DNA of 32,949 nucleotides, taken from NCBI RefSeq assembly GCF_000485595.1, contig NW_014577063.1:871276-904224 (forward strand). The letters run 5' to 3'. Position 1 is the stretch's first letter, and the number at the start of each line of letters is the position of its first letter. A program made the translations under genes and the position numbers. The stretch comes from Priapulus caudatus. Lineage: Eukaryota. Under the pieces are notes generated by a model. It ran no database searches, was not told the DNA's origin, and saw only the letters and a program-made list of their open reading frames with translations. Shown here piece after piece: positions 11,541 through 24,512 of this stretch.

Positions 11541-11969
11541 TACTATGGCAGGGTGCAGTTTGGGGCCAACAAGGCTGAATACAAATGCTTCAAGAGCGAT
11601 CTTCAGTCATGTTTTGTCTGCGGACTTTATGTAGGATGAAACACGGCGGCGGGGGTCCCATTTTAAAAAATGGCGCTTTGTCGGCGCATATCTTGCTTCG
11701 CAGTCAATTAGCTACGTGTCAGGCGAGGCGTGTAAGGATGTAGTGAGGTGACAGAAGTAGTGGATGTTTGTTTTTGTTGCAACGGGGATATAAGCAGCTC
11801 TAGGCCCCCGAAATTTTCCTTTGCTGTCCTGACCGGTGCAAAAGTGTCAAACATGGGCCGCGGTGAATGGACGCAGATTCCGGACGGGTGTGTAGGCTTG
11901 TGTATCCTCGAACGTAAACTTTCAACTGGTCTGCGTTTTGTTGAATTTTGCTCGCCTAAAGTTATTTGC

Positions 11970-11994
11970 NNNNNNNNNNNNNNNNNNNNNNNNN
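11970..11994. other. Assembly gap, 25 N
   Basis: N run. Confidence 0.99.
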
Positions 11995-12009
11995 AATATA
12001 TGCCAGGCA

Positions 12010-12226
12010 GACAGTAGATTGTAGTAGCAGCAGTAGTAGCAGCAGCAGCAGCAGGGCAGCAGGCAAGCAGCAAAGCAGCCAGCGAGCAGCAAGCAGTAAG
12101 CAGCATACAAGCAGCAGTATCAAGCAGCAAGCAGGCAGTAGTATGGCAGCAGCAAGCAAGCGCAGATAGGGCAGCAGCAGCAAAGCAGCAGCAAGCAGCA
12201 GTAAGTAAGTAGTACAGCAGCAGTAC
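12010..12226. repeat. Degenerate (CAG)n/(TAG)n trinucleotide tract
   Basis: Directly visible; frequent phase slips. Confidence 0.85.
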
Positions 12227-12959
12227 AATAATACTAGTTCACGAGAGACAAGGCTTAGGAATTACTGACTGTTCTTATACCGGTGACTCTCGCGCTAGTC
12301 CGAACAGCCCAATTAGTCGCAGAAAAAGTCCCACCTAACGTCCGAAACCCACAGGGAATGGGTATCGAATCTCATAGTCGCTAATGTATTAAAGTTAATT
12401 CAACTATTTTTAATTTATTTTAACTTTATTTTTTTTTAAATTATTTATTTTTAAATTTTAAATTTTTAATTCTAAACACCCGCCGGTACCGTGATGTAGG
12501 CTATCGCACAGAAGTTATGCACATTAAGGCGAGCGCGTAAGCGACCCCCGCCGGCGTTCGAATTCCCACGGAATTCATAACGCGTCTACGTTCATCGCGT
12601 ACCACGTGAATCGTGCGCGCAGAGATTGTCGTATGTAAAAAGAGCTAAATCATATAATTGTATATATATATATTATTATATAATATAAATATCAGAGAGT
12701 TAATAAAAGACAAAAAAGTTGTCTTTATAACTCATGATATATATACTATATATATATAATAAATATATTATATGAATAATATATTATATACATATGCATA
12801 TAATATCATAGATATATATATACATACATATATATATATGTGTAATATACAGAGTATATAATACTCGTAATTGTGTGAGCGGACGTCGAAAGAGTATAAT
12901 CTATTGTTGAGATACGAATATGGAAAGGAGAGGGGGAAGGAAAACGGCACCGATTTATT

Positions 12960-13167
12960 CTCTTTCTCGCCCTTCTCTTTTTTTCCTCTCTCTCCTCCTC
13001 CCTCTCTCCCCCTCCCCACTTCTCAGCTCTTTCCTCCTGCTCATCCTCCTCTCTCATCTCTCTCTCATCTCTCTCTCTCCTCTCCTTCGTCTCTCTTCTC
13101 TCGCATCCACCCAACTCTCATCTCACTCCCTCTCTCCCCTCCCTCTCACTCTTTCCCTCTCTCTCTG

Positions 13168-13198
<31 letters not shown>

Positions 13199-13238
13199 CT
13201 CGCTCTCATCTTTCCCACCCTCTCTCTTCTCTCTCTCT
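12960..13238. repeat. Degenerate (CT)n polypyrimidine tract
   Basis: Directly visible. Confidence 0.85.
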
Positions 13239-13677
13239 ATCGGTAGACGGAAAAAACCTCGCATACCAAGACACAACAATGAGATTGAGCAATCGATCGT
13301 ACGAATGATACGAAAAAGATGATCGGAAAAAGATAAGTTCAAGGCAGAAATCTGGCTTGCAACTGAAATACTGTCAAGCCCCAATAGCAGTCCTCAAGTG
13401 TCCGCGTAAATGTATGTACGATGGGGTGGATGGTGTGATAGACATAATATATACAGATCACATAGTGGGTGGATGGTGTGATAGAGACATAATAGACCGC
13501 AGAGTGGATGGATGGACAGACGAACCGACGGACAAACAAACGACAACAATCTTTCAAACTCCGGCATCAATTTCATATAACTAGCTGACGGGGCGTTCGA
13601 GAGAATCATAAATTAATGCAAAACCGAAAGCGCGAGAAAAGCGAAAGAAAGAGAGACCGTCTAAAATAGCAGGTGGA

Positions 13678-13810
13678 GGCAGCAGCGGTAGTAGTAGCAG
13701 CAGCAGCAGTAGTAGCAGCAACAGCAGCAGTAGCAGAAGTAGTAGCAGCAGCAGCAGCCGCAGCACCACTACTACCACCACCACCAGCACAACCACCACT
13801 AACCAGCAGC

Positions 13811-13846
<36 letters not shown>

Positions 13847-13958
13847 CAGCATCATCATCATCAGCAGCAGCAACAGCAGTAACCGCATCATCATAATCAG
13901 CAGCAGCAGCAGCAGCAGTAACATCATCATCATCATCAGCAGCAGCAGCAGCTGCAAC
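13678..13958. repeat. Compound (CAG)n/(TAG)n/(CAC)n/(CAT)n trinucleotide tract
   Basis: Directly visible; includes three AGCAGTAAC...(ATC)n super-units. Confidence 0.9.
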
Positions 13959-14124
13959 CAGCCTCCGATTGGAGACGAAGTTTACGGTCCGTTAAGTGCA
14001 GCTGCTTCTAAACTCGAAACAGTATCAGCTTACCTGCTGTATCGCATGTCATCAATGTGGTTGGACGTAGGGAAGGCATGCAAGAGGGAGGCGAAAGAGA
14101 AGCCTTGTGAGAGGGAAGTGGAGA

Positions 14125-17100
14125 GGAAGAGAGATTAAGAGAGAGAGAGAGAGAGAGATGCGTGCGCGCCCGCGTGGGAGTGTTTGAGTCTGTATCCGTA
14201 TATGTATGCGTGCGCGCGTGCGTGTGTGCGCGTGTGTATAAAAAATCACAAAGCTAAGACGGTGGCGATATCAGATATATGACGGTATGTCTTCTATAAG
14301 ATATCGCAACCTCGGCTTATAGACATTACTCGAGCGATCCTGATGTCTAGATTCAAGCCACTGCGTGCATGCGTGTTCTGCATGTGTATCGGTTTAGAAC
14401 GCCAATTTGTCCTCCTGCATGCGTCATTATAAATAGCCATTTACATATCTCGCATTCTTAAAATTACCGCCGGATCTGCTATATACTCACTTTCAGCCTA
14501 ATAAGGCCAGCTTAAATACGAATATTCGTCTGTCAATAATTCAGAAGTAATATTATATTCAACTCGTGTGGCGTTTATTCTAGCATGCATGTGCGCGTAG
14601 AAGGAACGACGGCGATTGCGTTAGGTGTTGTCTTAGCTGCATACGAGCCGCAAATATTTAGATTGATATCGCCAGTTGTAAGCATTTGCATATCTTTGTT
14701 TTCCGTGTAAATGAAAACAAGGCGGTCTCGTATTAATAGCGTTTTATTGGCGATAGAACAAATAAACGCAACCGCGGGGCCGTGCTGAAAAATAGAAGAC
14801 AGATTGGCGGGGGAAGTACGAGGCAGCTACGCGGCGACCACCCGGCAGAAGATGCGGGATAAGTTATACATGTCATTTATCGGCCATCTGCTGAGCCAGC
14901 ATCGCTTTCAGGCAAGCCCTATATACAATTCCGTCCGCAAGATTATTGCGTTGGCGTTGTGCTTCTATGATAGCGCATTTGGCAGCTTCGCCGATGGTCA
15001 TTGTACATGTTAATCTGCACAGGTTGAATTAAGAGTTGGTAATGTTGTTGTTGTTAATGAGCGCTAATTAAATAAACACGACAATTGCGATTTTTATTTG
15101 AATTATTATATTATACGCAACACTGACTGAAATGCGAAGGAATATAAGTAAATACAAACGAAATGCCCAACTAGAAACCCTTCCCACGATGGAAATCACA
15201 ATGACTTGCATTATCCACAAGGGAATTATTTCTTGCTTGTATGTAGGTCATAATTAAGTGCGATTATATGCGTACATGTACGACCCTCCAATGCTGTGTG
15301 GTTGTGTGAAGTGGTTGTGTGGTGTGTGTGTGTGTGGCTGGTGTGTGTCGGTATGGTGCTGGTGTGTGGTGTGGATGTGGGCTGTGTGTTGCTGGTGTTC
15401 GTCTGCGTGCTGTGACGTGTGCGTTGTGAGTGGTGTGCCTCGGCGTTGATGTCTCGCTGTGCAGTGCGTGCTCGTGCTGCGGCGTGCGTGCGTGCAGCCG
15501 CGCGCTGTGTGTGTGCGTGCGTCCGTGCGTGGTGCGTGTGTGAGTTGTGTGTCGTGTGTGTGGTTCTGGCTTGCGCGCGTACGTGGGTAATTGTATATTC
15601 ACGAGCAATGTATCGTTAACTCCTTACAGCGATTTTGTAACGTCTAGAATATAATATATAAACCTCTATCACTTCGTTACGACGATCTAACGACCGCAAC
15701 GGGTTGGTGGAATGGTGACAAACAATCAACGACACTTCTACAGAAATACATCTTCTAAGATCGAACTATTAAATGTTAACGAACGGCGCGTGGCTCAACA
15801 TGTGTTGCCGCTCTCGCACCCCGTAAACCCCGGCCACCCCACTAATCCGGAGAAATATTAATAAACTCACGCTAATAATAAATCTATAAATACCTTTAAT
15901 CTATTATTTTATTATAATCTATCTTAATAAATATTCTAATAACTATCATATAGTTCACTCCTAAATTAACACGAAGCCACGAAGCGGACGATTGCTCTGC
16001 CGCCGGCGCCGCCGCCAGTTTTTTGACTCCGGATTGGCGGATCGACATTCAATGTTATTAGCTATAGTTGCGAGCATCGCAACAGCACTAGACGGCGGAT
16101 TTTATCACAATCACGCACTTCTTCAGAGCCTTTCGGACGGTTCTCGCGGCGCGCCCTGGGACTGACCACCTTCGCTTCGGACGCGTCGTAGTTACCCCAA
16201 CCCCGATGTTTACGTAACAATCGATTAAACAATTGCGTAATGGGATTCGCTGTTTGAAACAAATAAACCAAACCAATTACGCGAGCTGGCTTAACTTCGC
16301 GTTCCTATTCGCAAACACGTATGATGACGCCATGTGTTTGTATTCGGTAGCACCAGCCGATCTGCCATCCATTTTAGATTAGCCCGTGAGATGGATAGCC
16401 TTGCCAGGACGAAGTCTATTTAAAACCACCAATGCAGCGTACGAACCTGCAGCGTGAGTTTTCACAATTTCGTGCTTCAGCGTTCATCTGATCATTTCGA
16501 CCCACCAATGGGGACCTATTTGTCAACGATCCGCTCATGAAAATAACTACGCTTATGCGTATAAATTCAGATAACTGCCGCATATAAATTATTATTTAAT
16601 ACTTGAGATTTATGTTGAAAGATTCATTTGAGCAATTCATGTCAAGACGACGCGAGATCGCGTAGCAATCAATTACAATATTTACTTTTAATTGAATAAG
16701 ATTTCTTAGATCATAATAAAAAAATTCAATACTTTCGGGAAGGACAAAAACAATAAGTATTGATTCCTCACTCCGAGTATTATACGAATCGAATATTCAC
16801 AAATCTGTCCACATTTAATAAACAGGCTACCAGTCTCCCCTTTTTTTATTTTATTAATATGCTTTTATTATTCAATATGATGCTTATTCGTCGTGTATTA
16901 TCTATTTTTTACTCAACTTACGCTGCAGTATCCTAGTGAATGACACACCAACTATAAAATATTACATTTATATTTCAACTTGTACAAACCACGATGATCT
17001 TCGGGTGTGTAATGTGACTTTTATAAACGTACTACTGAACTAATTAATTAATCCATATAATAATTATTATCCATACTTAAATCTCACCGCTATTTGGTGT

Positions 17101-19286
17101 TTGTTGAAGAATAGCTTATATATATCTTTCTTTTTTATATTCTATCTTATTGTGTAAATTATATTATTAATTCTAAACCTTATTGTCTCTAACTTTAATC
17201 GTGGAGTACAGAGGAGGACGTGTCTCTGATGCGCGGGAGTGTGAAGATCAATTTTAAATCAATTTTCGAATGGAATCTTAAGTTAAAGCCATTTAGCCGT
17301 AATGCATAGTATATTATATATAGAATATAACTATAATAACCTTATTAGATGTATAGTATACGTATAGTATATATAGTATATAAGTTATATATATAGTTTA
17401 TAGTAATAGTTAGTTATAGTATATAATAGGATATAAGTATAGTATAGTATCGTATGTATATATACTATAGTATAGTACGGTATAGATCAATAGTCTATAT
17501 ATGATATCCACTTAGATAAGTAAAGTATATTAGTATAGATATTATATAGTATAGTATCAGTTAGTATAAGCTACTCATATAGAATAGTATAGTATAGTTA
17601 TTAGTACTAGTATAGTATTGTATTAGTATATATAGTTATAGTATATATAAGTATAATATGTATACAGTATAAGATATAGTTATAGTAAGATAGCTTATAG
17701 CTATGTCGTGAGCGTATATTTATATAATAATAGTATAGTATACTATATTATAGTATATAGTATAGTATAGTATAGTATATCTATAGCTGAGAGTATGCAA
17801 TATTATGTTAGTAATTATAGTAAGTATAGTATGATATGGATATCTATGTTATAGAATATATAGCTTTATCATACTATAGGCTATAGTATAGTTAGTTAGT
17901 ATAGTTATACTATAGCTATTATAGTTAGTATGTATAGCTATAGTTAGATAGTATGTTAGTATAGTATATGTATATATAGCTATTTATATTTTTTGTTTTA
18001 TCTTATTTTAATATCACTGTTGGCATATAACAGTTTGGCAGCACGGACGTTCAAACAGCCTACAATTTTATACAGTATGCTGTAAGACTGGCGAGCATTT
18101 TTCCACAATCGTCATGCGATCGTAAAATGAATTTTGGCCAGTGAAAAGTGATGTGCTCACCTGTTCTTATTCGGCATATTATTTCTTACTTGCGTGTCGT
18201 CATGCTATACTCGCGCACGTGTGGCCCGTGCGCTCTTGTGTCTGTCTGTCGTTCTTAACCGTTGAGAGGAACACACATGTGCTGTTGACGTGTTATAGTC
18301 AGAGATGTGTGATATCTGGAGCTTCGCAATCCGGCTCTTATCTTACTACACAGTCCCTAATATGCTACAGTACGTGAGATGAACTATATTATAATACTAT
18401 AATATCTATATATTATATATATATATGTACTTGGTGTGCTGTGTGTGTGTGAATAATTCAAATAATATAAAGGTTTAATACACGGCTTTCGAGACTAATC
18501 ATTTCCGCTCAGGCTTTTCCTCTCGCAGGCGACACAACCACAGATACACAGAGACAAGCCGAGGAAGAGCTTGTACGTTTCTTCGAAAGCTCGCGATAAA
18601 ACTTAAACCACCCTTTACTATTATTTGAATTTTGTTTTTTTTTTACTACATGGCGTTCGTCGTCAAGTGATATTGACATATCTTGATCGTATCTATCTAT
18701 CTATCTTCTCATCTAGCTATCGATCTAAATCTAGCTATCTATCTATCTATCCATTAGTATATATATATTATATCCATTAATTCCTTATACGTATATATAT
18801 ATACTATATATATATAGATATATCTATATATATATATCTATATCTATATCTATCTATATCTATATCTATATATATATATATAGATATATCTATATATATA
18901 TGGTCAGGGTTGCATTTGGGCCAACAAGCTCTACAAATGCTTCAAACGATCCTCAATCATGTTTTGTCTGCGGAGTTTATGTAGGATGAAACACGCGGCT
19001 GGGGGTCCATTTTAAATGCGCTTTGTCGCGCTAATTTGCTTAGCACAATTACTACGTGTCAGGCGAGCGTGTAGGATTGTAGTGAGGTGACAGAAGTAGT
19101 GGAGTTTGTTTTTGCAACGGGGATATAACAGCTCTAGCCGATTTTCACTTTACTGCGTGCAAAAGTGTCAACAATGGCCCGGTGAATGGACGCAGATTCC
19201 GGACGGGGTGTAGGCTTGTGTATCCTCGAAACGTAAACTTTCAACTGGTGCTGCGTTCTTTGTGATTTTGCTCGCCTAATATTTGC
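14125..19286 (+). repeat. Large direct duplication, copy 2
   Basis: 14158-15280 is nearly identical to 6503-7620. 15281-19286 is a heavily indel-ridden version of 7621-11969. Confidence 0.92.
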
Positions 19287-19516
19287 TCACACTAGAAAAG
19301 GACCCGGTGTCACAACACACGTGCAAAAATTCCCATCTGGAAAATCTGCCAGCAGGTACGGAGCATGCGTATCCTATGCAGATGCTACGTGTAAATATTG
19401 AACATAGCTGTTTAATAGCAGTAACAGTAGCAGACGAGAGAAGTAAAGTTACTGTTGCTGTAACAGTGCTGTAGTGATATATGTTAACCAGAATAGCTAC
19501 AACCTGGACACCTGCC
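18902..19516. mobile_element. Possible non-autonomous DNA transposon (~0.6 kb; gap-truncated copy at 11547-11969)
   Basis: The left end GGCAGGGTGCAGTTTGGGGC (cleaner copy at 11547) aligns 16/21 with the reverse complement of the right end (GGCAGGTGTCCAGGTTGTAGC); TA-rich flanks. The TIR is degenerate and the sequence noisy. Confidence 0.3.
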
Positions 19517-19816
19517 TTATAGTCTTCGTTATTTCTATTGTCCTGGCAGAGTTCGGAACTCTATAAAACTTTCGAAATCGCTTACAAATTTTAAGTGATA
19601 TATGTAATGGTCCATTTCAGATTAGAATAAACAATGATAATGATTTGACATGTTCGTAGACATACAAATCGTATATCACGACCAAAATGCTAAAAAAATC
19701 AGGAGAGAAGCGAAGTACGCCAGATTACATGTGTATCTTTCGCAAGCTGAAGTTCGCTGATTTCAGATGATTTTTAATATAGGTTGCTATTTCTTCCACC
19801 CAGTTCTCGTACTCCA

Positions 19817-19817
<1 letters not shown>

Positions 19818-19889
<72 letters not shown>

Positions 19890-19891
19890 TG

Positions 19892-19947
<56 letters not shown>

Positions 19948-20223
19948 CGTGTATGTGTGTGTATGTGTGTGTGTGTGCGCGAGCGTACGTGGGTGAGTAC
20001 GTGCGATGTATGTGCCTGCGTGCCTGCCTGCGTGCGTGGGTGAGTGAATGTTTGGATGTGCATGCATGTATCTAAGTGTGCGTGTGCGCGTGCGTACCTA
20101 CATGTATATACAGAGAGAGAAAGAGAGGGGGGAGGAAGGAAGGGAGGGAGGAAGAAAGGGAAGGAGGTAGGAGAGATAGATAGATAGATAGAGAGACAGA
20201 GAGAGAGAGAGAGACAGAGAAAT

Positions 20224-20288
<65 letters not shown>

Positions 20289-20331
20289 GGGAGAGAGATG
20301 AAGAGAGATTAAGAGAGAGAGAGAGAGATGC
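19818..20331 (+). repeat. Second copy of the (GT)n/(GA)n compound block at ~6060-6507
   Basis: Shares non-microsatellite spacers (GCGAGCGTACGTGGGTGAGTA, GAATGTTTGGATGTGCATGCATGTA, GGAAGGAGGTAGGAGAGATAG, GAAGAGAGATTAAGAGAG) and ends in ATGC at the gap. Confidence 0.9.
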
Positions 20332-21237
20332 NNNNNNNNNNNNNNNNNNNNNNNNNNNNNNNNNNNNNNNNNNNNNNNNNNNNNNNNNNNNNNNNNNNNN
20401 NNNNNNNNNNNNNNNNNNNNNNNNNNNNNNNNNNNNNNNNNNNNNNNNNNNNNNNNNNNNNNNNNNNNNNNNNNNNNNNNNNNNNNNNNNNNNNNNNNNN
20501 NNNNNNNNNNNNNNNNNNNNNNNNNNNNNNNNNNNNNNNNNNNNNNNNNNNNNNNNNNNNNNNNNNNNNNNNNNNNNNNNNNNNNNNNNNNNNNNNNNNN
20601 NNNNNNNNNNNNNNNNNNNNNNNNNNNNNNNNNNNNNNNNNNNNNNNNNNNNNNNNNNNNNNNNNNNNNNNNNNNNNNNNNNNNNNNNNNNNNNNNNNNN
20701 NNNNNNNNNNNNNNNNNNNNNNNNNNNNNNNNNNNNNNNNNNNNNNNNNNNNNNNNNNNNNNNNNNNNNNNNNNNNNNNNNNNNNNNNNNNNNNNNNNNN
20801 NNNNNNNNNNNNNNNNNNNNNNNNNNNNNNNNNNNNNNNNNNNNNNNNNNNNNNNNNNNNNNNNNNNNNNNNNNNNNNNNNNNNNNNNNNNNNNNNNNNN
20901 NNNNNNNNNNNNNNNNNNNNNNNNNNNNNNNNNNNNNNNNNNNNNNNNNNNNNNNNNNNNNNNNNNNNNNNNNNNNNNNNNNNNNNNNNNNNNNNNNNNN
21001 NNNNNNNNNNNNNNNNNNNNNNNNNNNNNNNNNNNNNNNNNNNNNNNNNNNNNNNNNNNNNNNNNNNNNNNNNNNNNNNNNNNNNNNNNNNNNNNNNNNN
21101 NNNNNNNNNNNNNNNNNNNNNNNNNNNNNNNNNNNNNNNNNNNNNNNNNNNNNNNNNNNNNNNNNNNNNNNNNNNNNNNNNNNNNNNNNNNNNNNNNNNN
21201 NNNNNNNNNNNNNNNNNNNNNNNNNNNNNNNNNNNNN
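20332..21237. other. Assembly gap, 906 N
   Basis: N run. Confidence 0.99.
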
Positions 21238-21340
<103 letters not shown>

Positions 21341-21842
21341 CGCATCTTTGTCACAAGATATATACCCCGATAATTAAACACTAACGTGGAAATGAGGGAA
21401 GTAACCGTTTTAATGACAGTTACATTTCTTAAAGATAAAGTAATTGAACACATACAAATAATAAAATGTCATTAACGTTACTATACATCATTAGACGATG
21501 ATGTATCCATGATGTGATCTATTATTATGAGTTAAGAAACGATTATACTTCAAGGTTATTGCATGTTTACGAATTAAATAGAACTAATTAATTCATATTT
21601 GAAATTTAGGAATAAATTATTTTGGAATTTAGCACTTTAGAACACGTTTATAAATTGTGTAACTTCTCACGCGCAACACATTCGTGAATGAACTAGCCTT
21701 AGCCCATTTCCTGTTCGCTTAATTATCACGTTTACACAGTGAATATTACAAGCAGAAACCACCTACGTGCAATTATAGCTTATTGCGTCTCGTCAGAGAT
21801 CACGAACAGAATATATTGTATTTGATGATAAAAGCTCACGGT

Positions 21843-22824
21843 TTACGTTTGGCCATTAAAAGCTTTAAACACTTTAGCGTGATCGGCAAGATTCGTGCTC
21901 TGTGCTGCTCCGTAAGCGTACGGTAACCCCGCGCATGCGTACCGGAAAGGATTTGGCAGCATATACGGCGATGGAAGAGCGGACGGCATGTAGGAAGGCA
22001 ACGCGTTGAGCCCAGCGAAAGATGGAAACGTAGACGACTGCGCACCGGCTAGAAGCGTTCTCTCGTACGTCGCAGTCGGCGACGGGAATAACAGACGCGA
22101 AGAGGAATCCGGACGCGGCACACCGACGCTGACGTCATCCAACTGTGACGCAAACGCGTCATCATGACGTGGCTTTTTCGCGTAGTCGATGTCGTCATCG
22201 ACGTCGCCCGTTCGCAGTTTCTTGCTTATAATGCTGTCGATTGTGAACAGCGAGCGCTTTCCTGTCATCGTCTGATGTCGAAACGCCTCGCTGGCGTGCG
22301 TGAGACTCGCGTGCGCATCCGACTGCGCAGCTCTCAAACATGGCGCCTTGTCTTCGCATCCTAACCCCGCGACCTCTAGCCGACACAGATCCGCCCTAGT
22401 AGGACGCTCTCTGTCGGTGTGGTCGTCGGCGTCGTCGACGTCGTTCGCACTCGTTAAGTCGGAAGACATCGGCACCGTCAGTGCGACGTCCTGCGTTTCG
22501 TCGTCGGCGGTCGAATCCCGTTGGTCGCTGTCGCTGTGGTTGTCATTGCCGTCGCCGCTCTTGTATTCGTCGCGTCTGTCGTCGGGATTGTCGTTCTTGG
22601 CGTCGGCCTTGTCGACTGACTTCGTCGTCGCCTTCACTCGTCGCTTCCGGCGTCGGTAGTTTCCGTTCTCGAACATCTCCTCGCTGTTGGGGTCGAGCGT
22701 CCAGTAATTGCCCTTGCCGGGTTTTCCTTTCTCGCGCGCCACTTTCACGAAGCAGTCGTTTAGGCTGAGGTTGTGCCGGATCGAGTTTTGCCAGCCCTGC
22801 TTATTATCGTGGTAGTACGGAAAC
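21843..22824 (-). CDS. FoxL1: Forkhead box protein L1, coding exon 3 (rest of the forkhead domain, acidic linker, eh1 motif, P/S/Y-rich tail, stop)
   Basis: Acceptor TTTCTTTTCTCTGATCGCTAG|G completes the Arg codon AG|G, then [62 protein letters not shown], in frame with ORF 21843..22748. YHDNxQGWQN, REKGxPGKG and [12 protein letters not shown] match the FoxL1 class as I know it, rather than FoxC (YRDNKQG, RDDKKPGKG, ENGSFLRRRRR). The spliced CDS is 1287 nt, 428 aa. Confidence 0.95.
22227..22247 (-). other. eh1 (Groucho/TLE-binding) motif FTIDSII within FoxL1
   Basis: Matches the eh1 consensus FSIxxIL, C-terminal to the forkhead domain, as known for several Fox classes including FoxL1. Confidence 0.85.
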
Positions 22825-23455
22825 CTAGCGATCAGAGAAAAGAAACACGATACGGCTAACTAGTGTTGTTTTGGTGTGCCGCGGTCTCATATAGTTTCTC
22901 TTGTTTTGAGTCGACAACTTCATTAGGTTATTTATAGAAGCGATTACCTATACGTTGATTTCTAGGTGACACAACACTATGATATACGTTTTATATTATA
23001 CACTAATACCATTCTACATTTTTAGTCCTTCGATAGCATTCGCATTATTTTCTCTGTTCTTATAATAAAATTAAGCCTGTCGCAAATTTAATGCTCACCA
23101 ATCAAACATATATCGTTTTCACAGAATGTCCATGCCCTGTTTAATTCTTAATAATACCATGTCTAATATGTAAAATATGTAGAACATTCAAAGCTTGTCA
23201 AGCAACTATATTAATATTATACAATTTTTAATCAATGTACGAATATAGGATTAAAGGAATAAATATTCGTTTATATAGGATTGCAAATAAGCCAAAAAAT
23301 AAATTGAACATACAAGAACCAAAATCCGTAGAATGCGCAAACAATTATGTGATATAAATAAAGAGCTAGTCAAAGCCATTTAGAAGTTATGTATACCATA
23401 GTATACATAAATATCAAGAGTTGAAATGCTACGAATACAAGCGCTATATAGATAC

Positions 23456-23556
23456 CTGTCCATGATGAACTGGTAAATTCCGTTCAGCGTGATTTTCTTA
23501 TCAGGTGCGCTCTTAACTGCCATAGCAATAAGTGCGATGTATGAGTATGGAGGTTT
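23456..23556 (-). CDS. FoxL1: Forkhead box protein L1, coding exon 2 ([33 protein letters not shown] + AG)
   Basis: Hand translation, absent from the ORF track. Acceptor TTATTTCAG|AAA and donor GACAG|GTATCT; 101 nt, phase 0 to phase 2. Encodes the N-terminal part of the forkhead domain. Confidence 0.95.
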
Positions 23557-23719
23557 CTGAAATAATGAATTTCATGGAAGCCTTTAGAAATTAAAATAAG
23601 TTCTAGTACTTAATCCTTATAATTGGGTTGACATGTATCACATTTCGCTCGCAATAGTAATTTACGATGTAACATGAGAGTAATATGCTGTTTCAACTTT
23701 ACCTTCCTCATTGCACGCG

Positions 23720-23770
<51 letters not shown>

Positions 23771-23780
23771 NNNNNNNNNN
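23771..23780. other. Assembly gap, 10 N, within (TA)n in FoxL1 intron 1
   Basis: N run. Confidence 0.99.
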
Positions 23781-24248
23781 TATATATATATATACGATCA
23801 AGAGTACAACAGTATAGGTATCTATTCATGCACACCTGACATGATTACGCAAGATACGCGGACAATAAAGTTCCGAAATGCTACATGATATCGAAATGAA
23901 ACTAATTTTCTATTCACACGACTTGATTTTCGACAAAATTGTCTCTTTTTGTGATTATATACTTCTGATATCTCTCTCTCTCTCTATATATATATATACA
24001 TAATATATACACACACAAATTATACATAATGCATTTTGACTAGCATTAGACTCGTTCCTAGGTACATTCATTTAGGATTTTGAAAGCTTCCTTCCTACTT
24101 TACACGATAGCGCCCATGCACTTACAAAAACACTAATTAAATTAAAGACACCTGACGAACAAATATATGCGCACATCAAGTATATATTTGACAAGTCAAT
24201 ATCTATACCAAGGTCACGTAGTTAGACTATTTGATCACGAAAGCGTAC

Positions 24249-24452
24249 CTGATGATGCTCCCTGCGTTCCATCGTCGATAGCATGTTGATCGCAAACGGG
24301 TTGTAGCCGAGGCCGTCGGCCGGTGCCGTCGCCTGGTATAGGTAGGGAGCGTACGAGTACATGTAGTGGGCGTCGGGCAAGCGCGGCAGCACGGAGCAGC
24401 CGAGCGACACGAGCGACGTCGGAGTGCCGAACGTCGTCTGCTGTCGGTTCAT
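24249..24452 (-). CDS. FoxL1: Forkhead box protein L1, coding exon 1 (68 codons, MNRQQTTF...MERREHHQ)
   Basis: First in-frame ATG at 24452. The open frame ends at donor CAG|GTACGC (24249/24248), phase 0, and joins exon 2 to give the canonical Q-KPPYSY start of the forkhead domain. The start codon is inferred, not transcript-verified. Confidence 0.8.
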
Positions 24453-24512
24453 GTCGCTGTGGGAAGACGAGTCAGGGGACGACGACGAAGGTGGTCGTGT
24501 GTTTGGTGACAC

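Larger units (their letters stand above)
6470..11969 (+). repeat. Large direct duplication, copy 1 (~5.5 kb)
   Basis: Collinear with 14125-19286 from GAAGAGAGATTAAGAGAG...ATGCGTGCGCGCCCGCG through ...GCTCGCCTAA(AG)TATTTGC; ends at a 25-N gap. Confidence 0.92.

Noticed and set aside
13424..13494. Two-copy GGGTGGATGGTGTGATAGA direct repeat
   Set aside because: A local duplication within GATG/GATA-type low-complexity sequence, with no element structure.
13581..13960. PolyQ/polyA/polyL coding exon
   Set aside because: TAG triplets are interspersed and the phase shifts; there is no complex flanking peptide or convincing pair of splice sites.
22164..22768. Plus-strand and alternative-frame ORFs over FoxL1 exon 3
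   Set aside because: By-products of the GC-rich coding sequence on the opposite strand or in another frame.
22640..23556. Assignment to FoxC or FoxL2
   Set aside because: Diagnostic residues ([38 protein letters not shown]) fit FoxL1 better; a phylogeny would be the formal test.
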